Assembly (NCBI GenBank): GCA_951406725.2
Contig: OX597818.1
Location: forward strand, 99,882,001 to 99,946,000
Reading direction: 5' to 3'
Source of the DNA: Octopus vulgaris
Lineage: Eukaryota
DNA length: 64,000 nt
The notes beneath the pieces were generated by a model. The model did not search any database. It was not told where the DNA came from and worked only from the letters and a program-made list of their open reading frames with translations. Shown here one piece after another: positions 1-14,633 of this stretch. The translations under genes and the position numbers were made by a program. Every line of letters begins with the position of its first letter. Position 1 is the first letter of the stretch.

Positions 1-529
1 TATGTATATGTGTGTGTGTGTGTATGTGTGTGTGTGTGTGTAAATCCAGAGAGACAACAAACAATTAATTTGAAAGAAACTGAAGAAGATAGACAAATGA
101 TTGTCTTCTTTCGTTCCTTACGGAAAGCATTCAGATAAATAATCGTTCGTCTGCTTACAGGCTGCAATCACTAATTGTTTCTTCGTTTCCATGGTCCCAT
201 AAAATTCCAATAAACAACCTTTTTGGCAACTTTCGAACACTCTGGCATATGAGCAAGGATTATTCTTTTTACTTTGTTTTTGACATTTTGCAATGTTTGT
301 TTTCTGATAGAGATATGTTGAAAATAGATTACAGAACCGCTTGGATGAATTCAGTTAGCAATAAGCTTTCTGACTTCAGATTTAAAATTGGGGTTAAGGT
401 TTTTTACTAAAGATTAACGTTATATTTTAAGGCCATTTTAATATGGTTTAAGATGTGGTCGATTATGGCTGATTACAGTATTTTGTTAAAAGTATAATTT
501 AATGTTATCGTTAAATACTGAATGTCAGC

Positions 530-910
530 TACTGAAATTTACATGAGTAGTCAGCCATGAAGAACAAATGAGCAGTCAGCTGGTACCATAATAGCCATCC
601 ACTACCATTCATAACAGTCCGTCAATCACACTCTGGCAGCACACAACATGAGTCTATCACCTACTACTAAATTCAAATCAAGACGAACAGTGGGGATGGC
701 CTTGAAGTCGATAATTTTAAACTAACGTGGATAACACTATAACACTAGAATACCGCCTGAGGAAACACGATCAGATATCATTATGCAAACACGCAGTTGC
801 ATAATCATATACTTGTATTTTTGCAGAATTACGTTGCGTGGAAACAACTGTAGTGATTAAAAACTAATTGTCCAACCGTACTCCTTCTCGTTGACACCGA
901 TTTCTTCAAT
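530..910 (+). mobile_element. Degraded Penelope-like (PLE) terminal fragment with decayed hammerhead-like motif
   Basis: CTGAGGA at ~757, CACG/CGTG stem base, then GAAACAACTGTA at 841-852 (one mismatch to the GAAACAGCTGTA seen at 16984). Followed by a TA-rich tract. Boundaries approximate. Confidence 0.35.
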
Positions 911-3900
911 TATGTATATGTATACACATACCTATAGACATGTACATATATATATACATATATAATGTATTTATATTGTGTATATATAATTTATTATATA
1001 ATTTATATTTAGTAAATATGTATTATGTACGTAGTATATACACAAATATGTATAAATGGATGTTTATACATTATATAAACGTATATACAATCTACGAATA
1101 TACACATAAGATGCATTATACTCGTGTGTGTGTATTCACAATCTATCTATCTATCTATATATCGATCTATATATCTATCGATCTATCTATTTATACATTT
1201 GCCTATGTAATATTTTAATTTTATTTTCATACCGACTGTTTTCTTAGTTTGAAATCTATCAGAATAGAGATTTCGCTTTCATCCTTGCGAAGGCAGAATA
1301 AATAGGAACCAAGACGCCGTTGAATATATAGACCATACACACTCCTTTACGTTATATCACACTACGTCTATATTAACAGTTATCATTTCTCAGTACGAAA
1401 CCTGATTATTGTAGAATCCAAATAACATATAGAGTGATAACAATATTTAGATTGAAGCTCCACGTTTGGAGTTAAAATTGAATTGCATCTATACAGTATA
1501 TACCTATATAATAAATATTATTCCGGCACACATAAATATCACATATAAAACATGAAATTATATTTTTACAACTATAATTTTGTTAGTTTTGTTTCTCATG
1601 TTCCGTTTCGTGGGACGATTACATTCAAATATATTTTCAATGACTTTCAATGACATTCATTTCAAGGTTGAATAGTATATGAATATCTGAATTGAATATT
1701 TTCTATTATTTAAGTCATCGAGGATTTCTAAAAATATTCAAACGGATAAAATATTTCACATAAGCTTTGTTTCATTTAGAGAGAACTTTTTGACTAAAGT
1801 AGAATTTTGTGATATTTTACACAAGCCTAAAAAACCTATATAATAGACTTGTCTGTTTTGTTTTTCTTTCCAGAGGAAAAAAACCCTCATTTAAGTGGTG
1901 TATAACGTGACTTGGTTAAAATGACAACATGTTGTTTTTTTAATGTTGTAATTGTACTATTTAATTGTTATTTATTCTGTTTTAGCAATGACTATTTTAC
2001 AGAGGTAAGGCCCCCCACTCCAAAAAAAATAAATAAATAATAATAATAAATAAAAAAGATAGAATTCTTTCAGTACCAAAAAGACACTATTGATTTTCAA
2101 CTTGAACAGAGTAAAATTTTATTCAAAAGTTTAATACTGTAGGCTATTCGTCTTGAAGATCTTGAAATACACCGATAATTATAAATGAATTTAATGAATT
2201 TTTTTGTTTATGTATGTGTGTATGCGTAAGCGGTTCTCACTAAATGATGAAAAAAATTATTGTATCTAATATTTCTTTTCAGTTTTAGGTATTAGTGTTC
2301 TTGAGTACTTCATCTGGAAATAACGTTCTATTTTATTGTGTATTACAATGAATAGTAAATATTGATTTCTTTTGACTCGGCACAAGACCATTGTTTTACT
2401 GGTTGAAGATATAGGCGATTAAACCAGCAGCCATATATTAATAATACATGTTATATATAGCCTGTTGAGATGAAAGACAAACTAGATTACTGCTCGCTTT
2501 AAATTCAGAAATTGAAAATACCAAATTAAATATTCCAAGTCAACCAGTCCGAAGCTTTTCTGCTTCTGCATGCTCGCCCTTCTCTATTAGATATTAATAT
2601 TCATTTGGAAAAAAATTTCAACGCCTTGCGAAGATTACATTGATAATTATTTCAGTATAGTTTAATAAAAAAAAATATTATTTCAATACTAACCGTGAGT
2701 ATAGTGATATGCATGCTACCATACTTGAAGTGGTGAGCGGAAAATAATTTTTAATTAATTGAAATTATAACCACAGTGGAACAAAATCATCTGCGTTATG
2801 GAAATTCATTCTCACAAGTGGTAAAGGAGATAACTCCAAAAATTTCAATCGAAGGGAAAAAAATTAAATTCTTCAAGGGAGGAGATAACGAGACTGATCT
2901 TTCGTAACTATGGTGAAAACATCGGGCATTTTTCGTCATTATGGAACTCTTCAGCGAATCATAGCCAACATAACGCTATCTGATCGTAGACTGATTCGAG
3001 AATTAATTGCTTTTTTTTTGTTCCGTGAAACAGCATAGTAGTAATCCTTATCGCTATAGAGTAGTGTGGTAAATGGTTATTTGAGTATCTGGCTCCCATA
3101 TCGAGCAAACATATGAATAAAGTACTTATATTGTACCCAACCTTTAGTTTTAGAGCTATATCTATGTGTGTATTATGTAACGTGTCTTTCCTGAATTTAA
3201 GGTGGTGATGTTCCGTCTTAATAGATATTTGTTTCATATTTCTGGCTGGTTGTGTTACCCAGTGACTGCTCCTTCTTAGCTCGTTAACAATATGCATTCT
3301 TCATAAGTGACTATAATTTTATCTACACTGTGACATTTAATCAGGGTTCAGATTCTGCCGAACTTATTCCTAAGATTGGTAAAATACATATGACAATCGT
3401 CAACAATCGTCATCTAAAAATGATTGTTTATAACGTATATTTAAAATATATTTCCGCTAATTTTCTTTAAGTTTGAGCCATGATAACCATAATATGTCTT
3501 ATTCTAGTCTGGGAATATAGAAACCTATATTTCTGAACGAGGGGTAACGAAAGGAGTTTGTATCCATCTGGTAATAGAACAACTGATCGTTCTGAGTGAT
3601 TAAATTAGTAAAAGCTCCGACTAATCGTTAATGTACGTATACATTATTTGACGATGAAGATTAAGGACGAAAATTATAATCGTATTAAAATCACATCAGA
3701 TCGAAGCAAAAAAACAAAAAAAAAAGCCCGGCCCACAAGTAAGTGTCATTGAAATTAATATTAGCAAATAACGCAGAGAGTTTGTCATCTTTTATGATCG
3801 TATGAATTTGATAATGGTAAAAAAATTATATCGAAATCGAAAATTTTCGTCATGTAACTGTTCTCTTTAAAACCAACGTTCTGGAGTTTCTCAATAGACC

Positions 3901-4544
3901 GCTAATTTCAAAGATCGCTTAAAACGGGATTTCTTGGATTACTTTTATACAACAAAATATTGTCAAATATTTAATGCAGAGAACATTGAAATTCCAACTA
4001 GAACTGTTCTCTAGATATCAAAAATGCCTTGAATGCCATACGAATAACGTCATACTAACAATATCCAGCGGTACATATCTTATACAGAAAAATATTTTTG
4101 TGTGACGTATCAAGTAGGTTGGAAAATAACTTAACTGGTGTCTGTTCACACGGATGGCATCTTTGAGTTATATATTCTTCAAATAAGTCTAAACCAAATA
4201 GAGCATATTATAAAATTCCTTAATCATTCATGCATCACTACTTCATCAAGGACGACGAAGTGTGAACTGCGATGATGTAGTCTAATAAAACCAAAACGTT
4301 TACTTTGGACGCGCTAAAATAGTTCAAAATATATTAGACATACGCAACCATTGATTTTCAGCCTAGACCCTTTGCCCAGATTCCCTTAAAAATAACATCA
4401 AATCAAAGGAAAAGCAAACAAACAGTTATATGTAGGTAATCGAAGTGGAATTAAAGTTAAAAATATACAATATCTAACGCAAAAATGGGCAACAAATATT
4501 ATATTCAATGTTGGAAGCATACTATCTGGCACGAATTTATTAGA

Positions 4545-4550
4545 ATATAT

Positions 4551-4609
<59 letters not shown>

Positions 4610-4661
4610 CGCATTTGTCCGTTTCTATATGCCTATATATGTACGTTTCAGATTGTTCATG

Positions 4662-4711
<50 letters not shown>

Positions 4712-4745
4712 TCATATATATGTACGTATATGTGTTTGTGTGTCT
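4545..4745. repeat. Compound (TA)n/(CA)n microsatellite
   Basis: Directly visible; explains ORFs 4398..4802, 4485..4772 and 4615..4833. Confidence 0.95.
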
Positions 4746-5395
4746 GCGTTGTATCAGCTTGGCCAGACATAATAAATTAGTTTTGCTCCGTAACTTTACC
4801 AATAGTTGTCACGTATATAAAGCAATATTTTAGTCTTAAAACTTTGGTGTACTTGCAAATAATTCAAGTTTCTATCAACTTGCTGTTTGACTGATGAGAA
4901 AACTGAACTTTCACTTCAATTCTGGACAAATATTCATTCTTGTTGGGTTTGAAGTTACAATCAGTTGAATTGGAATCTAGGATGTTACTGGTACTTGTTT
5001 TATACAGAGTAATGATCTCTGTCAGTCTGTTCTGACAATCTTTGAGCAAATAATTCAAAGGAGTATAGGATATGGGATAAACTTATATTGAGCTAGCTAC
5101 TACGGTTGATATAGACACATACAGACAAGCATACATGTACATGTATTTTGCACATACACACGCACACTCTCACACACACATACACACACACAAACACACA
5201 TACACATATTTCTTTTTATATATCCCTACATATACATGCATATGTATGTACATGCATGCATATAGATCTATGTATGTTTTGTATACATTTATATATACGT
5301 ATACAGAACACACAAGCTCATATATATTTCGCTATATATAATATATACACGTGTATGTGCACATGTGTGTGCACTGACATCATCACCTTTCGTAG

Positions 5396-5604
5396 GTGGG
5401 TACTACATGAATAAACTATTAGAGAAACCTGATATACAACTTCACAAGGAGTCAATAATTCAAGACAGCATGAGAATATTCTATAGGGTAAATGACTTTG
5501 AGAAAACAAAGAATTATTGCAAAATCAATACACCGTTGATTTTCAGTGATTTCGCTTGATTTATGACCTTATAAAGACGTAGATTACTAAGCGAAATAGT
5601 TCAG
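5396..5604 (+). other. Candidate 209-nt non-coding exon
   Basis: Branch-like CTGAC (~5374), pyrimidine tract catcacctttc, TAG acceptor ending 5395, and perfect CAG|GTGAGT donor at 5604/5605. The longest reading frame stops at 5559. Confidence 0.3.
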
Positions 5605-6516
5605 GTGAGTATTAACAAGTTATATTAAATAAATAATTCAACCTTCTAAAGGACATTGGTACAATATGTTGAAAAAATTAATTTGGGTCAAAGGTCACAT
5701 GTTCGCTAAGATATCTTTTACACAGCAGAAACTATTGGTTTCCAGTTTTAGTTTCGTACCATCTAAGAATCTACAAATATAGTTTTCAAATGCAAAAAAT
5801 TATATAGGTTAGGAGGAATTCCTTGAATCATTCAGATTTCCAATGTGAAACTGAACTGTTTTTGGTTCCTTCACATGACATGTAGAAACTAGCCAAAATG
5901 TAGAGATTTACTATTTAGTTCTCGTTTACGTTTGGTCATTTAATTGACCTAAATCTATCGGGTGGGAATAAATACAATTTCTTGAATCAATACTTCAGAA
6001 TGTTTTGACTATGTTGTTAAATGCTGCCCTGAAAGACGAAAATACTATTTAGGTTTCACCTTCACCGAACTTCTCTTTGGATACGGGCAGAATTTCGAGG
6101 TTATGGTATGATACGTATATTGTGATCATTGTGACTTTAACATCGTCTTTCGCCACACGCCTACGGTCAAAGGGATTACATCTCGGCCTGAGGTAGTCAG
6201 AGGTTTATATAATACAGCAGATATATGATAGTATCTTTTTGACATGTTAATTTATTCTGTTTATTTCAACTGAACTAAAAGATAATAAAAATATATATGT
6301 AAATAAAATGCAGCTATTCTACTGGAAGGGTAAAATATGCGAATATGTCTCATTAACGTAACTCTATATAAACCGGAGATTAGAATTGTTTGCAAGAACC
6401 CAAAGGATTTGTCACATGAATGATGATTTGCAACAATTTTGTTGCTATACAGAACACTTTCATTAGATTCATCATCTCTGTATTTCAACATGCACATAAC
6501 CTGAGCATCTAGGCAT

Positions 6517-6616
6517 TATATATATATAGATATATGTATATGTATATATAGATATATGTATATGTATATATAGATATATGTTTATGTATATATATATATA
6601 TATGTATATATGTATA

Positions 6617-6654
<38 letters not shown>

Positions 6655-6706
6655 TATGAATATATATATATATATGTCTATGAATATATATATATATATA
6701 TGTATA

Positions 6707-6774
<68 letters not shown>
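6517..6774. repeat. (TA)n/(TG)n microsatellite
   Basis: Directly visible. Confidence 0.95.
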
Positions 6775-6775
<1 letters not shown>

Positions 6776-7827
6776 GAATACGGACATTTCAATGTCCGGA
6801 ACGTGCGTTTCTCATATAGAAGTAACGTGAACTTCATGAATATTATTCTTTAAGGACTTTCAAAAAACTACTTTTTTTCTCTTTATTTTGCCGGCTGTTT
6901 TATACACGAATCTTTTTCGAAAAATTACAGAAGAATATGTTTTCATTCACCCATATCTTTCCGATATTCTCTATAGACGGATCTCCTCCCACCGTTCTCG
7001 AAAGAAAAATATCCGATGCTTTGTGATCAACGAGACCTTCACGTCAAAAGTTTATTTTGTTAAAGTGAATTAAAACAACATCAGTTTTATCAATTTTTAC
7101 ATTTGTTGATAATTATAAATGAGGATTGACCCAGACATTTAAAAAAAAAATTACAGCAGAACGAGCTGAAACGTTTTCAGCTTTTGTTTTTGTATATATT
7201 TTATCTTACTTTATTGAACTGGAAATAATTAGACGCAATTTTGAATTATGTAGGATTTCAACATAGGTGAAATTAAGTGTTGCAAATCATTCGAAAAGGT
7301 ATTATTCTGTCTTGCTCATCTTTACCGTCACGTAATTATTTATAATTATAAACAGTCTGAAGAAAAATTTACTGAAAGTTTAAAAAAATAATTGAATTGA
7401 TCTTTTGTTTAGTATTTCATGATTCTATTGTATTAATTACAATGACTTAAGCGAAGAATTGTTAAACTTACTGTTTTATTTACAAAAGCCTTCTCTATGT
7501 CTGACGGTAAAAGTCAATATTGGCCGAATAATTCAAGAGTTGTTCTAGTGATCAGTCGCAGAGCTGATCTTCTGGCAATATTTTATTAACATTAACTATC
7601 AGTAAACACATGACCGGTAAAAATAAGGGAAATTTTAATGTGAACGCAAATCATATCTCTATTTTAAAACTAAGTAAAGTTCCTTTCTTTGCGGCGTATG
7701 GAGGGTCTGGGAAATATTGAAAATGCATTTTTTTGTTCTGATTATAGTGAATAAACGCATTACAATTAAGGGTACTAAAAGAATGAATCATACAAATTTC
7801 TGATTTAGATATACAGCTGCTATCATA

Positions 7828-8012
7828 GGGAGAGTTTACGAAAAAAACAAAAGACGAAGACAGATGGTGTACAAAACAAACAGATGTATTAGTATAACGC
7901 TCAGGAATAGAAAAAAATATTATACGTTTCGAGCCTATGCTCTTCTACAGAAAGGGACACAGAAAAAACAAGGAGAGAAAAAAATGTGTGTAGTGGCTAA
8001 CGATCTATCATG
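7828..8012 (-). mobile_element. Short PLE-like repeat (family P1) with variant minimal hammerhead motif
   Basis: Near-identical reverse complement of 27424-27613. Minus strand reads cttt-CTGTAGA-A-GAGC-atag-GCTC-GAAACGTA. Confidence 0.75.
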
Positions 8013-8974
8013 CTATCATATGTTTGTGAATATATTAAACTTACTCCATCGATTCAGGAAAGGTGTTTGGCAAATTTGTATTTCGCTCGATTTAAGCGTA
8101 AAGGGAGGTAATTTAAAAACCGCAAAGAATTTTATATAGAGCTCTAATGAATAAAATGACTGGGATGCGCAATGACCGAATGCACCTACGTTATCGTTTA
8201 CTACGAAACAAAAGGTAGAGAAAACCACAATAGGGTTTGAAGACAGTAACTAATGGTGTAGAAATAGTTTTTCAATGAAATCAATTGAAAGCAGCATTCC
8301 ACACTCACTGAAGCTGTCCGCTTCAAAACTCCTCAGTTTTTACTGTTTTACCCTTTGTATATTGATAATTCCTTTTATGCAGGTATGCTATGTATTATTA
8401 CGCCAAATTGTGAGTAAACAAAAAAAATCGAATAAAAACCAATTAAATACTTGGACTGCATGTATTACACCAAAAGCGATAAACATAAGCATAGAGTAAA
8501 TATATAAACAGAGAACACAAATATCGCATATACACACACAGGCAAATGGTGAACAAGTGTGGAGAATTTCGGACTATTTTGAAAAGCGACGTGCTAAATA
8601 ATTTAAATAGTGCATTGTTCAGTGTATACTCAAGAGTAATAAAAGAACATTGGCTACGGCCAGTATATTTTTAAAAACATTCTCGATGCATTCGGTCGAT
8701 ATATTTCAGGAATTTTCGATTATTCTTGATTTCCTTCATTATTTGAATTATTTACATTTTCTCACCTTCTACCTCTTTCGACCTTCCTCTCTCTTTCCTA
8801 GTGTCTGTGTGTGTATATATGTGGGCGTTTAAAAATAATATTTGGGATGGCTGCACCTTTTATTGTCAGCTCTTTTCGATTATTGTTAATATATAATTCA
8901 TGAATTGAATAAATTCCATTATCTCACCCCTTTATGCCTACATACATACCTACACACACATACGTATATCTATA

Positions 8975-9016
<42 letters not shown>

Positions 9017-9865
9017 TATACACGCGGAGACAGATACCCATACACATATACAGTTGATAAGTGAGAGCTGAATATACATAACATAGAAAACACGGTAGTG
9101 CTCAAAAGGGTTTAAACTTAAACTCTGAATTCATCGTCCGGGGCAAGGCGCGTGCCGTGAAGAGAAATTCAAATCGAGTTGTTTTGGAGGTAGTATTATA
9201 AATAATCACAACTGAGCTTCATATAAGTATGTTTACATAAAACACAGAACTATAGATTAAAAGTAGAAAAAAAGAAGATCCGTATGTTAAGTAATAATCT
9301 TCTCCCTCCTTGTTGCGTATTCTTTTTCTCTCAAGATGATTTCCTCCTTCACTACTTCACGCCTACTCCTTTTCCTCAGGGTTTATCCAAATCCTTCCTG
9401 TTGTCTGTCAGTTGAATTCCTATCTGATTTATGGTCAATTTAACATTATCTCTACAACCCACGTTGCTTCCCTTCGCTAGGCTGATATTAACTTTATCAT
9501 TTCTTTCTTGTGTTCAAGAAGTTGTCCTTCCTCCACTTCTCTTTCCCCATTATCTCAATTGTTTAATCACTCCTTCTAACCGTTTTTGTTTGCTAGCACT
9601 GCTATATAAACCGCATTCACCAATCTTTTCTTGCTGAGTAAAGCCGAACTTATTGTAATATTTCCGTGGGTCTGTTTACTGGTTACATACTCATGACGTT
9701 TTGTAATTTATGATTATTACATAACTCTGGGTTTCATGAAACAGCTGGGAATCTATGAATTTACGTACTCATACTTTCTTATTTTATTCTATACTTTTAT
9801 TCCGCATTCTAATTTTTGGTTCATGTAAATATATTTCTGTCAAGCCTAAGTTTTTCTGTCTCCAT

Positions 9866-9868
<3 letters not shown>

Positions 9869-9956
<88 letters not shown>

Positions 9957-9975
9957 GCACACACAGACACACACA
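9869..9975. repeat. (CT)n(CA)n microsatellite
   Basis: Directly visible. Confidence 0.95.
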
Positions 9976-11299
9976 ATAATGTAACGTCGTTTAATTTGTA
10001 AGTACATTTTCAAAAATAACATCCAACATAATAGAAATCGAGCATTAAGAGCGGGTCACCTAAAAAAAATTATTACAGAAACCATACTTTCCAGTGTATG
10101 AATTCATCAAGTAACTACCGTGTTCTCTCAAATTTTCTATAATTCGTTTGCTTTAATATATTCTTTGGCATCTTATTTCCATTAGACATTACTGCAACTC
10201 GCCAATATAAATCCTTCAATAACGTATCAATTTACAATCAATTTGAGGTTCTGTTGCAGAATAATTATCTCCTATTTCCTTTGCTTAAGGTAGATGAGAA
10301 TAACATCTGTACGTAACGAAGATTACTGAATAACAATTACCTTGGGTTCGATAGTTCTGATTTGAAGTGAGTGAATGGGTAAGGTAGCGATATTGAGGAA
10401 ATGAAAGTATACAGTGATTTAGGTGAATAGACTTTTAAAATACTATGCACTCCTGTTCCATTGTACTATTAATTTTTGGAATAAAAAGAACAGAGTTTGT
10501 TATTGTAACACCGATGAGAGAGATAGGGAGTGTGATTTGTTTAAGTAAACCATACATTGTCAATTACGTGATCAGGCATCCATGCAGCTTAGAGAAAATG
10601 ATTATCGCTAGTATATGTAAAAGAACTGTTCAGTGTTTTGTCCACAGTGTATCAGCATATAATAAGCAGTCATATACTCAAATATAGTGCAAGTTACTGC
10701 ATTCAAACGGACGACATTTCATCTGCTGAACAGATGTGTTATCCATTTCGGAAATGCAACTACACACAAACTACATTATACTTTCGATCTGCAAGCAAGG
10801 CAGAAATATAGACTAAAGAGGTAATGAGGTAAAACTTATCCAATTCTGTATCAATTAGCTGGTATTTGCTTCGGAATGAAGAGAAATCAATAATTAGATT
10901 CTGTCGAATAAGTGACTTTTAAATGAAAGCAAAATAGCTCCATTGATTTTATATATTATTCTAGTTCACTACGATAATTATTTTTGCCAGTTATTGTTAT
11001 TGTTGTTGGAGTTAACACCGAAAGCCAACCAAGACAGAGGAAATGTATGCTAAACGGTATTTCAGAACTGACGATGCAGCCATCTTTTAAGAAGGTTGGG
11101 ATTCAAATGAGGAGATTCCTTGATATTTCTAGAATGTCTAATGAGCGCCAATAGACTCCCTCACAGGCTGGTTGCCACTGCGGCTTTCTGAATATTATTA
11201 TGGAAAAGTGTTTGCTGAGATATCAAGAATTCTTCAGCATATATTTGCATTAATCTTGTATGAATGTCAGTGAAATATAAAATTTGGTATTAATGTTGT

Positions 11300-11440
11300 A
11301 AGCGACTAATAAGAAGATTTGTTAGAGCATCGGACAGAGTGACTTGTAGTATTTGTTCCAAATCTTTTTGCACTGATTTCAAATCCGGCTGAGGTCAACA
11401 TTTCCTTTGGTCGTGTTAAGGTTGATAAATTACCAGATAG
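11300..11440 (+). mobile_element. Degraded tRNA-derived SINE (family B)
   Basis: ttcaaatccggctgaggtcaacatttcctttgg...gttgataaat resembles the family B core at 26445-26505. Confidence 0.5.
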
Positions 11441-12124
11441 AATGATTGCCTGGCGGATTTGCTAAGGTATATAACGTATATCCTTGCTCTCTGTATACCA
11501 CCACTCTTGTATAGAGTTCATGCAATAAAGATTCAAATACATCTTATCAATGGTTAGATCTAATTACCAAACACAAGACTACAGTTCATTATGAAAGACG
11601 GGGAATTGTAGCTATGTGAAATACTAGTTTAATCTACCCTGAATAACCAAATCTATTGTTAAAGTAATTTCAGCAGCGAACATTCAGGAACTTCCACTGT
11701 ATAATGTATGATTTGTGGGTGTTTTATGAGACTTCACAATTATATGTAGAAAGTCGAGCAACCACATAGCATAAGGTATGGAACAGTGTCATATATGCTT
11801 ACATTTGAAACGAGTTAATAGCATAATCGAAAACGACTCCCATATACAATGGTTTGCAAATGGTAGATGCGTAGATAAATATCATGAGTTCAGTTGGCAG
11901 TTAATTTTACATCAGTTGGTTACTTGCTAAATAAGGAAGAATAATATTGTTGTTTGCTTATTTTCTGGGGAGGGGGAAGGGGTTAATACTAAACGCCAAA
12001 GGTGGTTCAAAATTTACAAATATATGTGTATAATCGTGTGTCGGTATGCACCACGCATACAACCAATTACGCAGATCTCATATAGATATGAAAATATAGG
12101 CATACGATATAACGATATTGAAGT

Positions 12125-12133
12125 GTGTATATA

Positions 12134-12173
<40 letters not shown>

Positions 12174-12232
12174 CACACATATATATATATGCATATAGAA
12201 ACACATATGTAGATGGGTGTATGTGTATTCCC

Positions 12233-12290
<58 letters not shown>

Positions 12291-12966
12291 TATATGTCTG
12301 TGTGTGTGTGTATACAGACATACATATATTATGTACATTTATGAATCTGCGTGTGACAAGTATTGTGCATGCGTTTGAAAAAGTGTTTATATATGTAACG
12401 ACATATAAATACATACACATTCATAGAAACCATATTAAAATTCGCATGTATGGAAGAGCGCTTGTGATAAATTCACTGCAAGAGCACCGGAACAGTTCCA
12501 GCGAGGAGCGATATTCCATATGGCATGCAAATTAATCTCCCACGCCTACCGACACACGCCGCAAAATTTCTGGAATTTCAGTATTAAACTTCAGTTGGGA
12601 CCAAAACCACAGCGGAAAAGCTTCTATTCATGCTATTCTTATTTATTGAAATTTTTGTATGTGATGAAGCATACTTGGACTACACACACATACATGCACA
12701 TATATGCACGCACGCCCGCAGAGGCACATACAGGCAATAACTCATAAGTATCAAACCATATAAATATATACGCAAATGCAATATGAATATTTTATATATA
12801 TATATATATGCATGTATATATATATGTATAGATATGTATATATATATATATGTATATATATATGTATGTATATATATATATATATATATATGTAGATATA
12901 TATGTATATATATATGTATGTATATATATGTACATATATATATATATATGCATGTATATATATATG

Positions 12967-13023
<57 letters not shown>

Positions 13024-13230
13024 GTGTGTGTATAGCTCAATTTACACTCAGGTAAACCAACGTCAGAGATGCACATATACGTACTGTCACATATACGTAC
13101 GAACTCGTATAAACACATATATACATATATGATCATAATATACACATCATATACATAAATTTAAGTATATACGTAACTGTTTGTACATGTGTACACTCAG
13201 ACATAGACACTCACACAACACACACACACA

Positions 13231-13277
<47 letters not shown>

Positions 13278-13279
13278 GC

Positions 13280-13316
<37 letters not shown>

Positions 13317-13326
13317 CATATATATA

Positions 13327-13398
<72 letters not shown>

Positions 13399-13400
13399 TA
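12125..13400. repeat. Cluster of (TA)n/(CA)n microsatellite arrays
   Basis: Arrays at ~12125-12330, 12780-13030 and 13200-13400. Confidence 0.9.
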
Positions 13401-14069
13401 TACTTATATATGTCTATAAATACGTAGATAGAGAGAGTGAGAGGGAGAAAGAAAAAGACAGATCTCTCTGTGACTAAATATATGAGCTTGTTACGAAACT
13501 TTGTCTCTATCAGTCTAGGCAGCTTAAACAAAGGTCATGCTGTATTCACCAGACTGTAACGATAAGTATAATAGGATTTGGGTAAAGAGTTAACGATAAT
13601 GCAGTTTGTTTTCGCGACGGTTGAACTCAGGTTACTTATCAGGGTAGAACGCTACTTTGGAAATCTTGCTGGAGAAACCTTTGGCAAGAAACGATTATAT
13701 TTATTCATATGATGCTAGGCCGATTTAGTCAGTATGGCGGTGACGGTAAGATCATTTGTAATGCTTCAAATGTGAATTATAGGAAAACGCACACATACAA
13801 ATAAACACTAGCTAGAATATAAACGAAATAAACTAAAGAGAATTTGCTTTCATCCGTTTGTTCAGCCATTCCTCCTTCACTCTTCTGTGTACACACATAC
13901 GGACGCGGACACACACACATTCACACACACCAAAACTACTTATAGTAATTTAGTTGTAGCTACATTTTCTTTACTTAAAGAAGTTAAAACTTCTCGCTGT
14001 GTTTACAATCATCGGGTGGTATGTCAACGAAGTCATATCTGCGTTGGTAACAGACTATGCATATACATA

Positions 14070-14294
14070 GGCATAAGATTGGCTGTGTGGTAAGTAGCTT
14101 GCTTACGAGTCACATGGTTCCGGGTTCAGTCCCACTGCGTGGCACCTTGGGAAGGTCTCTTCTTATACAGCCACGGGCCGACCAAAGCATTGTGAGTGGA
14201 TTTGGTAGACGGAAGCTAAAAGAAGCCCGTCGTATATATGTATATGTATCTCTCTCTCCCTCTCTCACTCTCTCTCTATCTCTCTCTCTATATA

Positions 14295-14347
<53 letters not shown>

Positions 14348-14436
14348 ATGCTTGGGTGTCTGTGTTTGTCCCCCAACATCGCTTGACAACTGATGCTGGT
14401 GTGTTTACGTCACAGTAACCTAGCGGTTCGGCTAAA
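14070..14436 (+). mobile_element. tRNA-derived SINE family A with internal microsatellite, 3' truncated
   Basis: A-box-like TGGCTGTGTGGTAA and B-box-like GGTTCAGTCC, CORE-like accttgggaag segment, internal CT/TA/TG repeat. Homologous to 25790-26353; ends abruptly at an inverted Helitron fragment. Confidence 0.85.
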
Positions 14437-14440
14437 GTCA

Positions 14441-14570
14441 GAAGCTCGATATGAATCACGACTATAAGATACCCGCTTTTGGTTAAACTGCACCGCAAAA
14501 TGTGGGAATAGTTAGGAATCTAAATCGCAGGACTGACAGACACCACACAACTTCAGTTTTATATATATAT
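14441..14570 (-). mobile_element. Truncated Helitron 5' end, inverted copy of 14634-14760
   Basis: Reverse complement aligns with few differences to tatataaaagtgaagttgtgtg...gattcatatcgagc. Confidence 0.85.
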
Positions 14571-14633
14571 ATGGATATATATTTGTAGATATATATCTAT
14601 ATATATATATATATATACATGTATATATGTATA

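Noticed and set aside
2959-3297. 112-aa minus ORF
   Set aside because: No recognisable motifs; at most a very decayed retroelement.
8340-8390. Plus-strand AG|GT sites (8382 CAG|GTATGC, 19923 CAG|GTACTG, 59079 CAG|GTAAAG) as recursive sites
   Set aside because: Weak donors and no clear downstream partner 5'ss; expected by chance in AT-rich DNA.
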